Notes under the pieces: generated by a model
Told to the model about the DNA's origin: nothing
What the model saw: the letters and a program-made list of their open reading frames with translations, nothing else
Databases searched by the model: none
Translations under genes and position numbers: made by a program
Part shown: positions 13,480 to 28,500 of the stretch, in pieces
Layout of the letters: each line of letters opens with the position of its first letter
Position numbering within the stretch: position 1 is the stretch's first letter
Assembly: GCA_010093815.1 (NCBI GenBank)
Contig: ML996596.1
Strand: one strand, 5' to 3'
Origin: Pseudovirgaria hyperparasitica
Lineage: Eukaryota
Length of the DNA stretch: 64,000 nt

Positions 13480-15420
13480 CTCGCGTTAATGTAGCCGTAA
13501 CGTACATATTATACCTACGCCTATTATATAGTATATATGTCTCGTCTCTCTATTACCCTAGTAATATATACTATTCTCTATTCCGTCTATCTATAGCTAC
13601 GTCCGGCCAGCCGCGAATAAATAGCCGAGTAGAAGCGAGTCTCGACCTACTTTATATATTTAGAGCGTCCGATAGGTAGAAACTTCGGGTATATATAGAA
13701 GAGTTAATTTAGGAGGAATTTACTAGCCTATTACTAAACCTACGTAGTAAGGAAGTAAAGGACTACCATATAAAACGAGAGCGTTACCTATAGACAGTCG
13801 CGGATAAATATATATTAATTAACGGTAGTTATACTATTTCACGGGTAGATACTATATATTAACTTAATACTATATTCTTGGTATTTACGCGTAACTAGCG
13901 GCGGTTAGCTAAATACCATCGTATACGTTAAAACGATACCCCGGGCTAGACGAGCCGTCGTAATATTATATATACCCTACGAACCCACCTAATATATCTA
14001 GCTAACCTAGTTATTCGACCGTTAGACTACTAGTATCTATATCTCCTAAGGTAGCCGTGCCGCCGTGTTATATACGTATGCCTATAGTCCTTATCCGCGA
14101 TCGTACTCGGGTTACCCTAGTACTAATAATAGCTATATAGAATGGCACGACGCCGTTAAATATTAAGGGTGTAAAAATACGCGATATAGTAGGTCTTAGT
14201 ATAAATAAACTATTAGAATTTATTAGCTCGTCTATAGATATACTAGGGGACGTAGGCGGTTATAGGTATGGTCGCGTCTACCTAGAGTACCCGATTCTAC
14301 CGAGTGAGTCGAGTAATATAATCCTTCGTAAGGATAGTTTAGACTAGGTATTATAGTAGGCTATTAAATAGGCACTAGGCTTAGGACTAGATCGGGTGGT
14401 TTTCCGCGTGGATAATATAAACGGTATATTTAGAAGCCTACTATAACGTGTTAACTATAATCCAACCATATAGAAACGTCGCGCTATAAGTATAGTAGCG
14501 GGATTTATTCGTCTAGCACGCGTAGATAAGCTCGAGATATATATACGCCGATAGATATCGGCATATATTAACATATTATGACTACTAAGCAGTATATACC
14601 GATATATACTAGTATATCCGGTATATACTAGTATAATACCGTCGCTCTTCCGTGGACATAACACTATTCATATATCTTAGGTTTTCGGTTATCGGTTACG
14701 TATAGTATTATATACATAGCGGATACCTTACTAGATTTAGGTCTTTCGTCGATAGTATATAGGTACGCCCTAGTCTACTTAATATAGGCGTAGTCGACGC
14801 TTCACCTACTTAAACGATAGACGTTAATAATAACGCGACTAGTATATTTACCTATTATATTATTAGCCAGCTAACGTTATATTAGGAGAGTTAAGCGCCG
14901 CTATCCCGCCTACTCTACCCGTTAATATTAACATGCTAGCGATTATAATCTAATCGCCTTACGAATTAATATATAATACTAGTACACTTGAGAGTTCGAG
15001 CGAACGTATAAAAGTCTAATATTATATACTATTTAGGGCCGGGGAGGAAGCGCCTACTAGCGTAGTAGTTATTAAGGCGATGGTGGAAGTCTATATATAA
15101 CTAGATATACTAAGTCCGCCTCCTTCTTATGTAGTCCTATCGCTAGATAATATTACCGGTTTCGACATTATAGGAGAGGAGTTTATAGATACGAACCTAT
15201 GAATATTAGTATAATATCGGCTCGATAGTACGTATTATAGTATAAGGCAAGTTATATTTAAGCGGTAGTTAGATATATACGCTAGTATACTAACGGATAT
15301 ATAGTGTCTCTACTATAAATAGAATAGGCAAGGCATGGCTAGTAATATCTTACTACCTAGAAGAGATAGTTACCGTAGAATTTAGAAGATAGGCTCGGCG
15401 TCTATGGCGTTAGTGTGTCG
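13480..15420 (+). pseudogene. One or two RIP-degraded ORFs of unknown function
   Basis: Long + frames with only TAG/TAA RIP-type stops (VEASLDLLYIF..KLRVYIEELI.EEFTSLLLNLR at ~13630). A second block lies at ~14880-15410. Confidence 0.4.
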
Positions 15421-15870
15421 GACGGTTAAACTTTTATATAATACTATTTACTTATACCTATATTTACCTAAGCCCCGATTCGATAGCCTTCTATAACATA
15501 CTATATACTCGGTCGGCGAGCTACTAGACTTATATAATAGTAGTATACTACCCCACTTTATATACTACTTAAGCTACTATTACTTTAGCCTACGTTAATC
15601 TTAGCTTCCTTTGGTCGTCCCTATATTATAAAAGAAAACTTCTATAAACCTTTCCTCTACTTATCTTGGTTTTTAAACCTAAATCTTACCTTCTATACTT
15701 TATTCCGTGTTAATTACGACTATATACGAACGCTACGTCGAACTCGACTCTATTAACCCTTAAGGTCTATTCTATATAACAGTTAACGAGGTTATATTTA
15801 TAGTTTATAATATGGATCAAGAACTCGTTACATTCGGCGATGTTTAGGACTAGTCTACGCTCGATGTAAT

Positions 15871-16205
15871 TAAGCCTTACGTTCAAGCCGAGTCTCACGT
15901 TTAAGTCGAGCCTTACGTTTAAGTCGAGCCTTATACTTAAGTCGAGCCTTATGTTTAAGCCGAGCCTTACGTTTAAGTCGAGCCTTATACTTAAGCTAAT
16001 CCTTACGTTTAAGCTAAGTCTCACGCTTAAGCCGATCCTTACGTTTAAGCTAAGCCTTACGTTTAAGCCGATCCTTACGTTTAAGTCAAGCCTTACGTTT
16101 AAGCCGATCCTTACGTTTAAGCCGATCCTTATATTTAAGCCGAGCCTTACGTTCAAGCCGAGCCTTATATTTAAGCCGAGTCTTACGCTTAAGTCGAAGC
16201 TTACG
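15871..16205 (+). repeat. 18-bp coding minisatellite (~18 copies), pre-RIP P-H-V-Q-A/V-E/D
   Basis: Unit gccttacgttYaagYcga, in frame with ATG GAT CAA GAA at 15812. Confidence 0.92.
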
Positions 16206-19200
16206 ATACGACTACCGTCTCGACCGATAATAAACCACTTGTCTTTAGTATACTTACCGGTAACTACTATCCTAACGACGAGTATGAACTTAAGAAGATC
16301 TAAAGTAGTAAGACTCCCGTTCCTACTTACGCCACCTATTAGATCTCTCTTATATAGGGCGATCTATAGTTAACCTTTAGGAATGTCTATGGTATTAGTA
16401 GAGAAATAGATGGACTTAAGTAGAAACAAGCGAAAACTCAAGCCGAGCTTAAGCTAGTAGTATTTAAGGCTTATAGTAAAGGTTACGGCTTCGAAGAGTC
16501 GATTAGTTATATATATAGATTCCTTAAATTCCCTAAGTACCGCTCTTAGATTAAGTTACGTACTCGCTTCCGATAGATTAATAAAGGGAAATCGGTATCC
16601 TTAATAAGCTTACTCCGCTTTAATCGTACTAACATCCTTCTATTATCCGACTACCCTATAGTATAGATCTTCAAGGTTAAGTAAGTAGGCGACTTTATCG
16701 AGTATTTTTCTAAACTTCCTAATCTTATTATAAGCGAAGCGGATAAAGCCAATATACTATATATTAACACCGGCCTCTACGAAGACCCTCGCGACTTTTA
16801 GATTATCGAACTTATAGCTAGCGAGCTTCTTAGTATAGGTTTTATTATCCCGTTATATATTAGACCCGATATAATATATAAACGAGTAAAGTAATTCTTC
16901 GAAGATCTAGGTGCTTATACTATAGTTCGTATCTTACTACCGCTACGTGACCCTATGGATCTTACCGGCTTTAATAATAAGCTTAAACTAGAGAGCGATC
17001 CGATTAATTTATAGTATATAGAAGTTACTACTCCCTATATATAATACGGCATAATAAGTAGGCCGGACACTTGGCCCTAGATCTCTATTCCCTACCGCGA
17101 GTCATTCGATAAGAAATTCGACTATCTAATATATATTACTATAAGTACCTTATAAGACGAATAGACCGATCTTCTATTATCCTAATTCTAAGACGTTACG
17201 GTTAGATATATCTAGCTCTTAGGTGTTACTCGGGCGCTCTTAGCCATCGTCTATCCTATTAATATAAAAGGATTCCATCGTATGGAACTAGGTAGTTATA
17301 GGTACCTTAAAGTGGATTTAAAGGATTATAATAACGACGTGTACCGCTTTAAAGTCCTTCGATTTCGCCTAGGCGTCCTTCTATTCGAATGCCTTACTCT
17401 AAAAGTCTTTAATAAGGTTAGGCGTCCTCCTAAAGCACCTAAGGTACCGATTATATTAATAGATGCGGTTACTAATATAACTCGAGCTCGTCCTAAATAT
17501 TTTATTCGGACTAGCAACACTAGTTTAAGTATAATTAGGTTATCTCTTACCACGCTTATAGGGTTCACGGACGTTCCGGCTTTAGTTAGCGTATAAACCT
17601 ATAATAAGCTTACTAAGTAACGCATTAATACGTGCTAGAAACTAATCTACTACGCCGTATAAGCTTCTAGAGACGGCGGCGTAGACGACCACGCTACTTA
17701 GGATGCGTTTAATACGATAGTCCTTAATGTTATTATGGACTCGGTATCTATATCTCTAATATATAGGTTCTCTAACCCTAACGACGAGATTCTAGATTAT
17801 AGTACGGAGCCTTAGAATACCCTCGTTACTCTTTCTAAATTATCTATATCCCTAGATAATAATAAGGATATAAATATAGAACATAGTCACGATATTATTA
17901 GCGACGAAGGTTCTATTACTAGCCCCGTTACCGATATATACATACTCCTAATATCGTCTAAAGTCTACTCTAGTATCCTATCCCCTTTACTACCCTCCGT
18001 ATAGAATCTAATACTTAGTAATAACTACCTAAATCTTTAACCTATCGACTATAACCGCTACGTTAAAGATTATAAAAGATTCTACGATCTCTAGAATATT
18101 ATACGTTTAGAACTATCTCCCTAATAATAGTATACCTATATATAGGCAACGGACGCACTTAGGGCTTAGTTTCTACTTCACGGCTATGGAGGAGCTAGGA
18201 AGAGCCATTTATAGCTTCATCTACTACTAGCTACACTTCTAATTAACGAAATAAACGGTGCTCCTATTATCGCTTATACTACTAAGGTAGTTATTCTATC
18301 TAGCGATGTAATAGCGCACCTCCCTACGCTAGATTCCACCTAAACATATAGAATATATATATATATTATTATCGGCCTAACTAACGAAACCTACGACGAC
18401 GCTATAAGAAAAGCATATGAATATACGAGTAATATATTTACTCGCTATAAGTCTCTAAAGATACCGGTCGTTCTTCGAAGATACCCTAAAGCCGTTAATC
18501 GAGAGGTTTTCTTTACTATAGCTAGACTATCTTATTACGGCGACCCTCTTATCGGGCTAACCTAGAATAATATAATAGACGGTACTATCCTCACGTAAGT
18601 CTAGACCGACTATAGTAAACGACCATTAGAATATAGTACGGATCCCCGTGCTCGTCTATAGGAACTATATACTAGTTATATTATACTCGAGGTTATCGGA
18701 CTCGTTAAATCTCGATACTAATACGAATAGATCCCTAAGAATTTCGAGAAAGAAACGGCTCGGCCATTACGCGCTATCTATAAACGTTACGCTTATAATA
18801 AGGACATGTCTAAGGAGAAGTATAATAGGATGAACGAGCTATACCTCGCTACCTAGGACCTAGTTACTATCCACGCCTAGATTCATGTAGGGACCCCATA
18901 TATTATAAATATCGCCAAGGTAGCCCGTAATATATATCCGATTTTAGTCGTGATAGAAGAGGCTACGTGTATCCTTAAAAGTAATATACTTAGGATTATT
19001 ATTAATTACACTACTATAGAATAGTAACCGACATTTATTTACGTCGGCAACCTACGCTAGCTCGACACCTACTAGCGTAATAGTACTAATATATAGGCCG
19101 CGAACTAGAGGATCTCCTTCATAAAGCGCTAGATATAATATAGTTTCCCGACCACTTGCCTTACCGAGTTAGAACGCTTAGTTCCTAGGATAATAAACGT

Positions 19201-20193
19201 TATATTGCTAATTACTTACTCGGGCGAGCTAACGACCTTACCCTATATAATAAATGATATCGATATACTACTCGCAGAGACCGTTCGATAAATATTTAGA
19301 ATCCGTAGCCATTAATATATCGTATATACTAACGTTAATAGGGATCACGCGTACACGGTAAATAACTTAATATATAACATAGACTTATTGCGTTTTACTT
19401 AGTAGATTATTACCGAGCTCTTCCGTTATAGCGTCGTACTCGATCACGTGCTCTATATTTCTATATACGCCGCCTAACGTGATCTGTTTAAAGGGATAGT
19501 TAGGAACTCGCTTCTAACTATACTTACCGTAGCGGATAAAGCTCGATTTAATATTCTACCTAAGCCGGTATAGAAGCTTATCTAATGGCGTTTATAGGAC
19601 GGTTCTTAGGGTTATAATAATAATATAGTCCTTATCGACCTAGTCTAAACTAATCGCTTCGGCTTCCTCTTGGAAGTAAACCGTAACGTCGTTACTATTA
19701 CGCGCGCTAAATAGATAATAGTTATTATCGCTAACTTCGTATCTCTTAAGAGGTAGAAAGTCCTAGACGGCGTACTCGGCGAGATATAGAATAAGTACTC
19801 TAAGATTTATACGATATACACGTGCACGACCCCCGACCTAGATGGCCTCCCTCTACTCTCTAACATGTCTAATCCCTAATACGGTCGCCCTATACTTAGT
19901 ATTAGAGAGAGGGGAGAACGAAGCGATTAATAAACTACCGATAGTGCTAAGCCCCGTAAGCCGCTAGTCTACCGTAAATATAATATTGAAGGATATAAGT
20001 CTATTAAGTATCTAAGAGGGTCGACGCTTATATATAATAACTATTAGGACATCGGCCATAAAGCTAATATTTACCCTAAACCTAAGACGCTTATGGGTAC
20101 GTTTTACTATAATTATAGGACTACCGGTTATACTTGGCGTTATTATCCTAGCTATACTAAATTACCAGCATGTATAAATGGTAATAATCTAGT

Positions 20194-20280
20194 TAATGCT
20201 ACTAGAGCTAATGCTACTAGAGCTAATGCTACTAGAACTAATACTACTAGAACTAATACTACTAGAGCTAATACTACTAA
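20194..20280 (+). repeat. 15-bp coding repeat (aatgctactagagct, ~6 copies) in the helicase tail
   Basis: Visible tandem units downstream of the zinc knuckles. Confidence 0.85.
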
Positions 20281-20759
20281 CGAAGTAACTACTAGCGGCT
20301 AGGATAATAGAGACTACAAGGATACCGACTAAGACGGCGGTTTTACGATATATAAAGATATAGAAGTTAATTAGTAATAGTATACGATTAGACTCACGTG
20401 TTAGGGCTACTTAGTCACGGCTTCTTAGTAAGTATACCTCTATATCTATTTTAGATATAGTCATGATATCCTACTAGATAGATAGTTTAGCTCTATTAAA
20501 GACCTATTAAGGGTATTTCCATCACGTCTACTCTAGTATAGACGCGCTATTAGATAATACGGCGCCACTAGACACGTTAACTAGTACCTACCGATTAAGA
20601 AATAAATACGATTCTATATCTACCGCGAGCCCCGGCCTAATAACGTAGGCTTCCTTTAGTTATCCCCTTTATACTTTTAAAACTACTTCTAGCCTTTATA
20701 TTAGGAGATATTACTATCTAAAGAGAAAATATAAAAAAACATACGCCCTAATTAAAGCC

Positions 20760-22605
20760 TCCACCTTTAGACTTTAACCATAATATATACGGGATATAGT
20801 AAACCTAAATATCGCGTACTTTAAAAGCATGGAAGGATACGACACTCGAATATAACGAAATATAGGCTTATAATACTCGGAGAGTACCTAGGGATAAGTA
20901 TATGAATATAAAATGGGATAAGACTAACGCGGCACCTCGTACATGCGTGGCCATATACCGTCCTAGACGTAGCCGCCTACGATATAACATTACGAGATAA
21001 GAATCATGGCTATCTAATTCTATTAAGGGTATTAGACGATATAAAGTAAATAACTATACGCCCGACCACGCTACGCTAAGTTACGTACGTGTTATAAACG
21101 CGTGTTTAAGGAATAATAAGGATATAAACGAGGTTCACCTAGTAGGTGCCTCGTTATTCTAGCTTCTACCTCTATCGTCCGATCTATACCTCCGTCTTCC
21201 TTACGTCTACGATATACTACGCGTATACTATATAATTAGTCCGTAAATTATAAATACTATATTAACTACGCACGTTAACTATATACGATTAATATATCGA
21301 ATCCGATTCTATAATAAAGTAACCGTCCAAATATAGTAATTACTATAGTACTACTTCGTATCTTAAGCCTAGATATATAAGTAAAGCGTGAAGCTATGGA
21401 GGCGCGTATAAGGTAGCTATATATAGAAGTATATACGGCTACTCCACTCGTAGACCATGGGCGTTAAACTAAGAACGAGCTCGGCGTAAAAAGAGTACAT
21501 AAGATTATTAATAAGATAATAGGTAAATTCCTAGTAGTATAGGAAAGAGTAGTAGAGTATATAGAGATGAAGGCGCTATACTATATCTACGACCAGGTAC
21601 GCACTATAGTATAGAAAACCGTACATTATAGAAAAACTATCTCTAAGTATAAGAAGAGGCGCGTAATTATAGCCCTACATCCCACGACCTTATAATCCCC
21701 GCCTATTATAATCTTATAACCTCCGCCTATCGCGACCTTATAACCCCCGCCTATTACGACCTTATAGCTCTTATATACCACGACCTCATAGCCTATACTC
21801 GCAGCAGTCCCATAGCCTACTAACGTATATACTACGAGAAAAATCAAATTTATAATTAGGTTTAACGATAACATATTCCTTAAAATACTAGTACCTACGT
21901 CTAACTAGTAGAAAGACTATAGCAATGCTTCGTGTATTAATTTAGTAGTATTTATATAGCGAATTAGGGTCTAATACGTAACGAAGACTAGGAGGGTACT
22001 TAACTAGAGCCGTGCTACCATATATTCTATCGTGCTAGTAGTCGAGTATATAATAAGTAAAACGGAACTAGAGGTAGATATTAGATAGCTCCTATAGTTA
22101 GTAATCGAATATATCCTAGAACATAGTAATAGTATAATACTCCTCGGCCTTAGATAGAATATAGATGGTATACCCGAAGTAAAACGAAATATAAACCAGC
22201 GACTAACATATAATAGTATAGACGGCTATATATAGGTTACGCTCGAATAAATCCGCCCCTCCGTCCCTAATACTATACTCGCTATAATTAGTATAATAAT
22301 AGTAATAGAAAGCTACCGCCTATAACGGTAGAGATACCTACGGAGATAGTATTATAGGTAGTAGATAGCATCACCTAAACGACTTAACCCTTCCTCTAGC
22401 GATACTATATATACTACTATCGGCACCCGGGAAGTCGCGAGACCGACCTATAAGCTCTAAAGATAGTAACTTCGAAAGTCTTAAAAGTACCTTAGATATA
22501 GAGGATATGGATGTCGCTTTTAAAGACTAATAGAATAATAAAAAGAGTGCTAGAGGTAGTAAGAGTAGCGTGCGTACTTGGCTAAGGCGATGCGATCCGA
22601 CGTAA
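20760..22605 (+). pseudogene. RIP-degraded ORF(s) of unknown function with a short 21-bp Pro-rich repeat (~21680-21800)
   Basis: Continuous + frames with RIP-type stops and PPI(A/T)TL(Q) repeats. Confidence 0.45.
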
Positions 22606-23344
22606 GACGGCTTCTATCTACTATATATCGGTATATACCCGATTCTACTAGCTATACAACTATAGTGTACATGTTTAGTTAAGACGTTACAATACCGGTA
22701 TAAGCCGGCGTCTACCTAGTTTACGTTAGGATACGCCCGGTCCTACTAGCTACATTATTACTACAACTATAATTGTATAAGATCCACTCTAATAATTAAA
22801 TATTTACTTATATACTTCACTTCCTCCGCACTTATCGAAATTATATTATAATTACTAAACGCGGTAACTTAACTCCTACCGCCTAAATCTAGTTTTTATA
22901 TCTTATCGCCATTAACGCCGTCTTACTACCTATAGCCTAAGTTATATATAGGAATAGATAGGTATAACGAGAGTTACGACTATCCTAGTTTAACTACCGG
23001 CCATAGAATGGCTAACCGTAACACGTATATACGACGTACAGAGGCCTTAAGTATTAGCGCCCTTCTACCTTATATCTAGTACCTCCGAGGCCTATATCTA
23101 ATATCTAAAATAAGTTATAATATATATAGGGCTACTATTATTAAGATAGTAAGTAAAGAAGTGGTAATAGAGCTTAAAACTAGTAGTATAGACACTACTA
23201 TACTCTATAGAATAGTTAAGGAAACCGTTACTAGAGAATTTAATTGGCACATCGCGGCTATAAATAGTAAGTTAGTACCGACGGTTACGACCATAGATAT
23301 AATAGAGGCTAAACTAGACATAGATACTATAGGCATAGGTACGT

Positions 23345-25245
23345 AGATATAGTTACCGCTAGAATATAAGGAGAAAGATAATATAGAAGATACTAAAATG
23401 GAAGACGACGTAGCTAGTATACTTAGATACATATATATATACACGGTTCTAGATACTAACATTAGAGTAGTATCGAAGATACGTGCGGCTATAACCACCG
23501 ACATAGATAATCTATCTATAAATGTTATCGTGTCTAGCGAAGCTCATCCACGCGTAAACATACTAGCTATAGAGATATAGTTATAGTTGCCGCCGGAATA
23601 TACGGAGAAAGAGAACGTGGAAGATACTAAAATAGAAGATAACGCAGCTAGTATACTTAGATACATATATATATATATAGTCCTAGATGCTAATATTAGA
23701 GTAGTATCGAAGACAGGTACGGCTATAACTACTAATATAGATAATCCACCCACGAATATCGTCGTGCCTAGCGAAGCTTATCTACGCGTAAATACACCAG
23801 CCATAGAGATATAGTTATAGTTACTACTAGAATATACGGAGAAAGAGAACGTGGAAGATACTAAAATGGAAGACGACGCAGCTAGTATACTTAGACATAT
23901 ATATATATATATATAGTCCTAGATACTAACATTAGAGTAGTATTAAAGATAGGTACGGCTATAANNNNNNNNNNNNNNNNNNNNNNNNNNNNNNNNNNNN
24001 NNNNNNNNNNNNNNNNNNNNNNNNNNNNNNNNNNNNNNNNNNNNNNNNNNNNNNNNNNNNNNNNNNNNNNNNNNNNNNNNNNNNNNNNNNNNNNNNNNNN
24101 NNNNNNNNNNNNNNNNNNNNNNNNNNNNNNNNNNNNNNNNNNNNNNNNNNNNNNNNNNNNNNNNNNNNNNNNNNNNNNNNNNNNNNNNNTACTTAGACAT
24201 ATATATATATATATATAGTCCTAGATACTAACATTAGAGTAGTATTAAAGATAGGTACGGCTATAACTACCGATATAGATAATCCATCTACGAATATCGT
24301 CGTGCCTAGCGAAGCTTATCCACGCGTAAACACACTAGCCATAGAGATATAGTTATAGTTACCGCCGGAACATACGGAGAAAGAGAACGTGGAAGATACT
24401 AAAATGGAAGACGACGTAGCTAGTATACTTAGATATATATATATATATATAGTTCTAGATGCTAATATTAGAGTAGTATCGAAGATAGGTACGGCTATAA
24501 CTACTAATATAGATAATCTATCTATGAATATCGTCGTGCCTAGCGAAGCTTATCTACGCGTAAACATACTAGCTATAGAGATATAGTTATAGTTACCACC
24601 GGAATATACGGAGAAAGAGAATATAGAAGATACTAAAATGGAAGACGACGTAGCTAGTATACTTAGACACATATATATATATATGGTCCTAGATACTAAC
24701 ATTAGAGTAGTATCGAAGACAGGTGCGGCTATAACCACCGATATAGATAATCCACCTACGAATATCGTCGTGTCTAGCGAAGCTTATCTACGCGTAAACA
24801 TACTAGCTATAGAGATATAGTTATAGTTACCGCCGGAACATACGGAGAAAGAGAACGTGGAAGATACTAAAATGGAAGACGACGTAGCTAGTATACTTAG
24901 ACACATATATATATACATAGTCCTAGATACTAACATTAGAGTAGTATCGAAGATAGGTGCGGCTATAACCACTAATATAGATAATCCACCTACGAATGTT
25001 ATCGTGTCTAGCGAAGCTTATCTACGCGTAAACATACTAGCTATAGAGATATAGTTATAGTTACTATTAGAATATACGGAGAAAGAGAACGTAGAAGATA
25101 CTAAAATGGAAGACGACGTAGCTAGTATACTTAGATACATATATATATATATGGTCCTAGATGCTAATATTAGAGTAGTATCGAAGATAGATGCGCCTAT
25201 AATTACCGATATAGATAATTCCCCTACGAATGCCGTCGTGCCTCT
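23345..25245 (+). repeat. 234-bp coding tandem repeat, about 7 copies (last one partial)
   Basis: ATGGAAGACGAC recurs at 23398, 24404, 24638, 24872 and 25106 (period 234 after the gap), with variant copies near 23632 and 23866. Confidence 0.95.
23965..24189. other. Assembly gap
   Basis: Run of N. Confidence 1.
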
Positions 25246-25563
25246 AGATACTAGCGAGACTTATCTACGGCTACTAGAAATAAAGAGGACACTCTCGAAT
25301 AACATAGTAAACCTAGTCGATTCTCCGAAACGCCTAAAACTAGAATATATTATACTACTAGATATCGACCGGTAGACATGTAAAAACCAGGAACTATTCG
25401 GGTTAGTAGATAATTTATATAGTAGATATATATCGGATAGTACATTAGCGAACGGCCTTAACTTTAAAATCCTTTCTATAGACGACGACTCTAACGGAGA
25501 TAAAGCAAAGCTAGATATAGAGGACTTAATTCCGGTAGATAACGATGTTAGTACGAAACTATA

Positions 25564-28500
25564 ATAATAATAATAATAATATTATATAACTAGGTAGAGT
25601 AGTACTCTATAGGCCTATACCTCCTCTAGTCTAAGCCACTATATAAGAAGAAACCCCATAGGGAAAAACTTCCTTATATCTATAACTACATCTCGTTAAA
25701 CCTCTATTTTATCTTAAGTATATAGCTATAGGGTACGCCTATTAGCCTATAGCCTATATTACTATTATTTTACCCTTAGGTAGCACGTGTAGGTGCGGAG
25801 GTTATTAGTTAAGGGCTGCCCTTAACTAATAATCGGGGTTCTCCCGGGGTTCTTCCGGTATATATCGGGTTACTACCGGCGTATACCGGGTCTCTTCCGG
25901 CATATATTTCCGGGTCCACTAGTACTAGAGAAGTAGTAGATGTATAAGTATCTATCGGGAGACGTCCTTAGGGTACTTATTAAGCTATTATATAATATCT
26001 AAAGTCTTTATAACGTGGATAAGCCATTACCGTTATATATAGAGGTTAGGGTATATAGCTAGATAGTGGCGTATTATACCTCTCCGGCCGCACGCCTTAT
26101 ACTATAGAGATATATCGGGGACGCCTCTCTTATAGAGGTAGTATAGGAGTTCTATAGCGCCCGTTCGGGCTTAGATAAGTATAGATACTTAGGCTTTCGT
26201 TAGCCCTTTATATATCTATTTACTTAGTTCCTTCTATAGCCCTCGAATCTACTCTAGATACCTATTCTACTAGGAGGTCTAGTGGGCACGGAGTGCCTCT
26301 TTCTACTTATCTTAAGTCTACGACCGTATATTTTTTATAAGTTCTTAAAGGCTCTACCGGTCTAGAAGAGCGTCCGGGTTATCTCGGACTTCTTATACTA
26401 CTTAGCTAGAGTTAGCTTCTATTAAGCACCTATACCGTATTCGATTCCGGCCTATATATAGGAGTACGCGGTAATATATACTAATTCGTACACGTAGCGC
26501 GGCGAAAGTATATTCTACGTTTTCTATGCGTTCCTATACTTATTATTTAGTAAAGTATACCACCCTCTATATCTAGTAGAAGTTATATATACTTATGACG
26601 TCTATCTCGCGTCGTAGTAGTACCGTATTAGTAGCTTTATATACGCCTAATATGAGACGGAGTATACGGTTCTATATAGATTCGAGCTTCATTCGCCTAG
26701 TCTATATAAGGGCCGTATACTAGCACTCGTGTCCGTACGTAAAGGCGGGTCGTGCTATAGATATATATAGCTAGCGTGCCTTATCCTAGGCGGTTCCCTA
26801 CGTGGAGACTATAATCCGTTATATAGCGGCTTCTATCTAGAGGGCCCTAGAGACGGTATATACCACTTATAGTCCCCATTTAAGCTTGCTATCTAGTATA
26901 ACTCCGAGCGCGCGTATGCTTTATACTAGTGGTTTATTAAATACGTCGATTCGGGGGCGTCGTTCGCCTTCCCTAGTTACCTATTTCCCTTAACGATTAA
27001 TAAAGTATATAAGCTAGTATTTCTCCGGGGCGAACTTTACTCCGTAGCGTTTTACCTACTAGAGGCACCTCTCGTGGTTCTATTCTAGTCTTCTATACGT
27101 TCGGTTAGTATTATTATTAATGGCTAGGAGGTATATATTATCGGCGTATCCGACTACCTCTATATACTTTATTCCTTAAAGAAGGTCTACCGTAAAGAAG
27201 AGGAATAGAATCGGAGAGATAGTACTCCCTTATAGGATGCCGCATACCGTCTCTTTATATTCGCTCTAGTACCTAGGGATATATATCTAAGTTATTCTTC
27301 CTATAAGAAATAACTATATAAAGCGTATAATCCATTCTAGTATTCGTCTTATCCGGAGGTTATAAATAAGTCTTATATAGTTTACCTTATTAAACGCTCC
27401 GGCCATATCGAGGGAGAGGAGCGATACTACCCGTCCCTACTTCTATACGGCCTAGACGACTTTAATAATATGTTAGATAGCTATTATTAGGGAGCTATCT
27501 ACCTTTACCTTCTAGTTCGGAGGGAGGAGATTATGTTCCTATACCGCGGTACTTATCTTCTTCGCTATTATAGCCTCTAGTATCTTACCTAGGTAGGAGA
27601 GAAGGGCGATTAGTCTCTATCCCTTTAGGGAGTTAGGGCTCTTTTCTAGTTTCGGGAGTATAATAGTATAGGCGACTCGGAAGCACTAGGGGTGGTATCC
27701 CTACGTGACGCATGCTTAGAATATACGAGTAATAAGCGGTAGGGTCGCCTTTATAGTTCTTTTTAGGTATTAATTTAGAATTCCATCTGGTCCGGGTGCT
27801 TTATCATTTAGGAGTATCTTAATAATATTAAGTATATCCTCCTCCGTAACTTCTTCGGGGATATCTACCGTATATAGGTATTCGGCGTCGTAAACGTCTA
27901 ATAGGTCTACTAGTTCCGGGAGAGGGAACATGGCCTCCCGTAGGGCCTTAGTTTTCTTAAGACTTATAGAGTATGTTCTCCCCTAATATATTAGGGGAGG
28001 CATAAGTGGTGGGGGTGTCGGAGTATCTACGCCCTTAGCCTATTTCGCCATGCGCTATAGCCCTATTACGTGTCGTGTCTATTAACTAGTAATTATACGC
28101 TACTGTTTACGCCTTTCGTTACGGAGGACTTTATCGCGTTATCGTATCGCTTCCTTCTATTCTTCCTACGACTCGGGTATTCTTATATAGTGTACGCGTC
28201 TATATAGCCTTCGGGCGTCTTATCTACTTTCCCGTACTTAAGGAATCCCCTTTACTTCCGGGGGCTAGTATATTTAGTATAGTACGTGTTTATTTCTCGT
28301 ATTCTAGTATGTTTATAGGAGTATCTATACGGCCTAGTCTATGGCTAGGTTATTAGATATATCGACTATAGAGGGATCTAAGATCGCCGATTCTAGGTCC
28401 TTCAGGTACTTTTCCTAGTTAGTATCCTTCTATATCTATCGTCCCCGTTGTTCATTCGGGGTATATACGTTTATTACGGTTTCCATGTATTCGTGGTCGG

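Larger units (their letters stand above)
15812..20378 (+). pseudogene. Upf1/DNA2/NAM7-like SF1 helicase with N-terminal hexapeptide repeats and three C-terminal CCHC zinc knuckles, RIP-inactivated
   Basis: Motif I LLHGYGGA(R>G)KS at 18173-18205; motif II VVIEEA at ~18947; III VG(N>D)LR(Q)L at ~19043; V DGS(Q)G..IVLIDLV at ~19598; VI GFLLEVNRNVVTITRAK at 19661-19711. Three CX2CX4HX4C relics at ~19970-20148. Confidence 0.85.

Noticed and set aside
15767..16373. ORF-track proteins LNVRLG-repeat (-) and FKPSLT-repeat (+)
   Set aside because: Shadow frames of the 18-bp minisatellite. The real frame (PHVQAE) is broken by RIP CAA>TAA stops.
8672..22605. TET/JBP dioxygenase expected near Plavaka
   Set aside because: No HxD...H signature was recognisable in the unknown ORFs by eye. 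It needs an HMM search on deRIP'd sequence.
23205..24972. Minus-strand hydrophobic ORFs in the 234-bp array
   Set aside because: Antisense shadows of the repeat, one of them spanning Ns.
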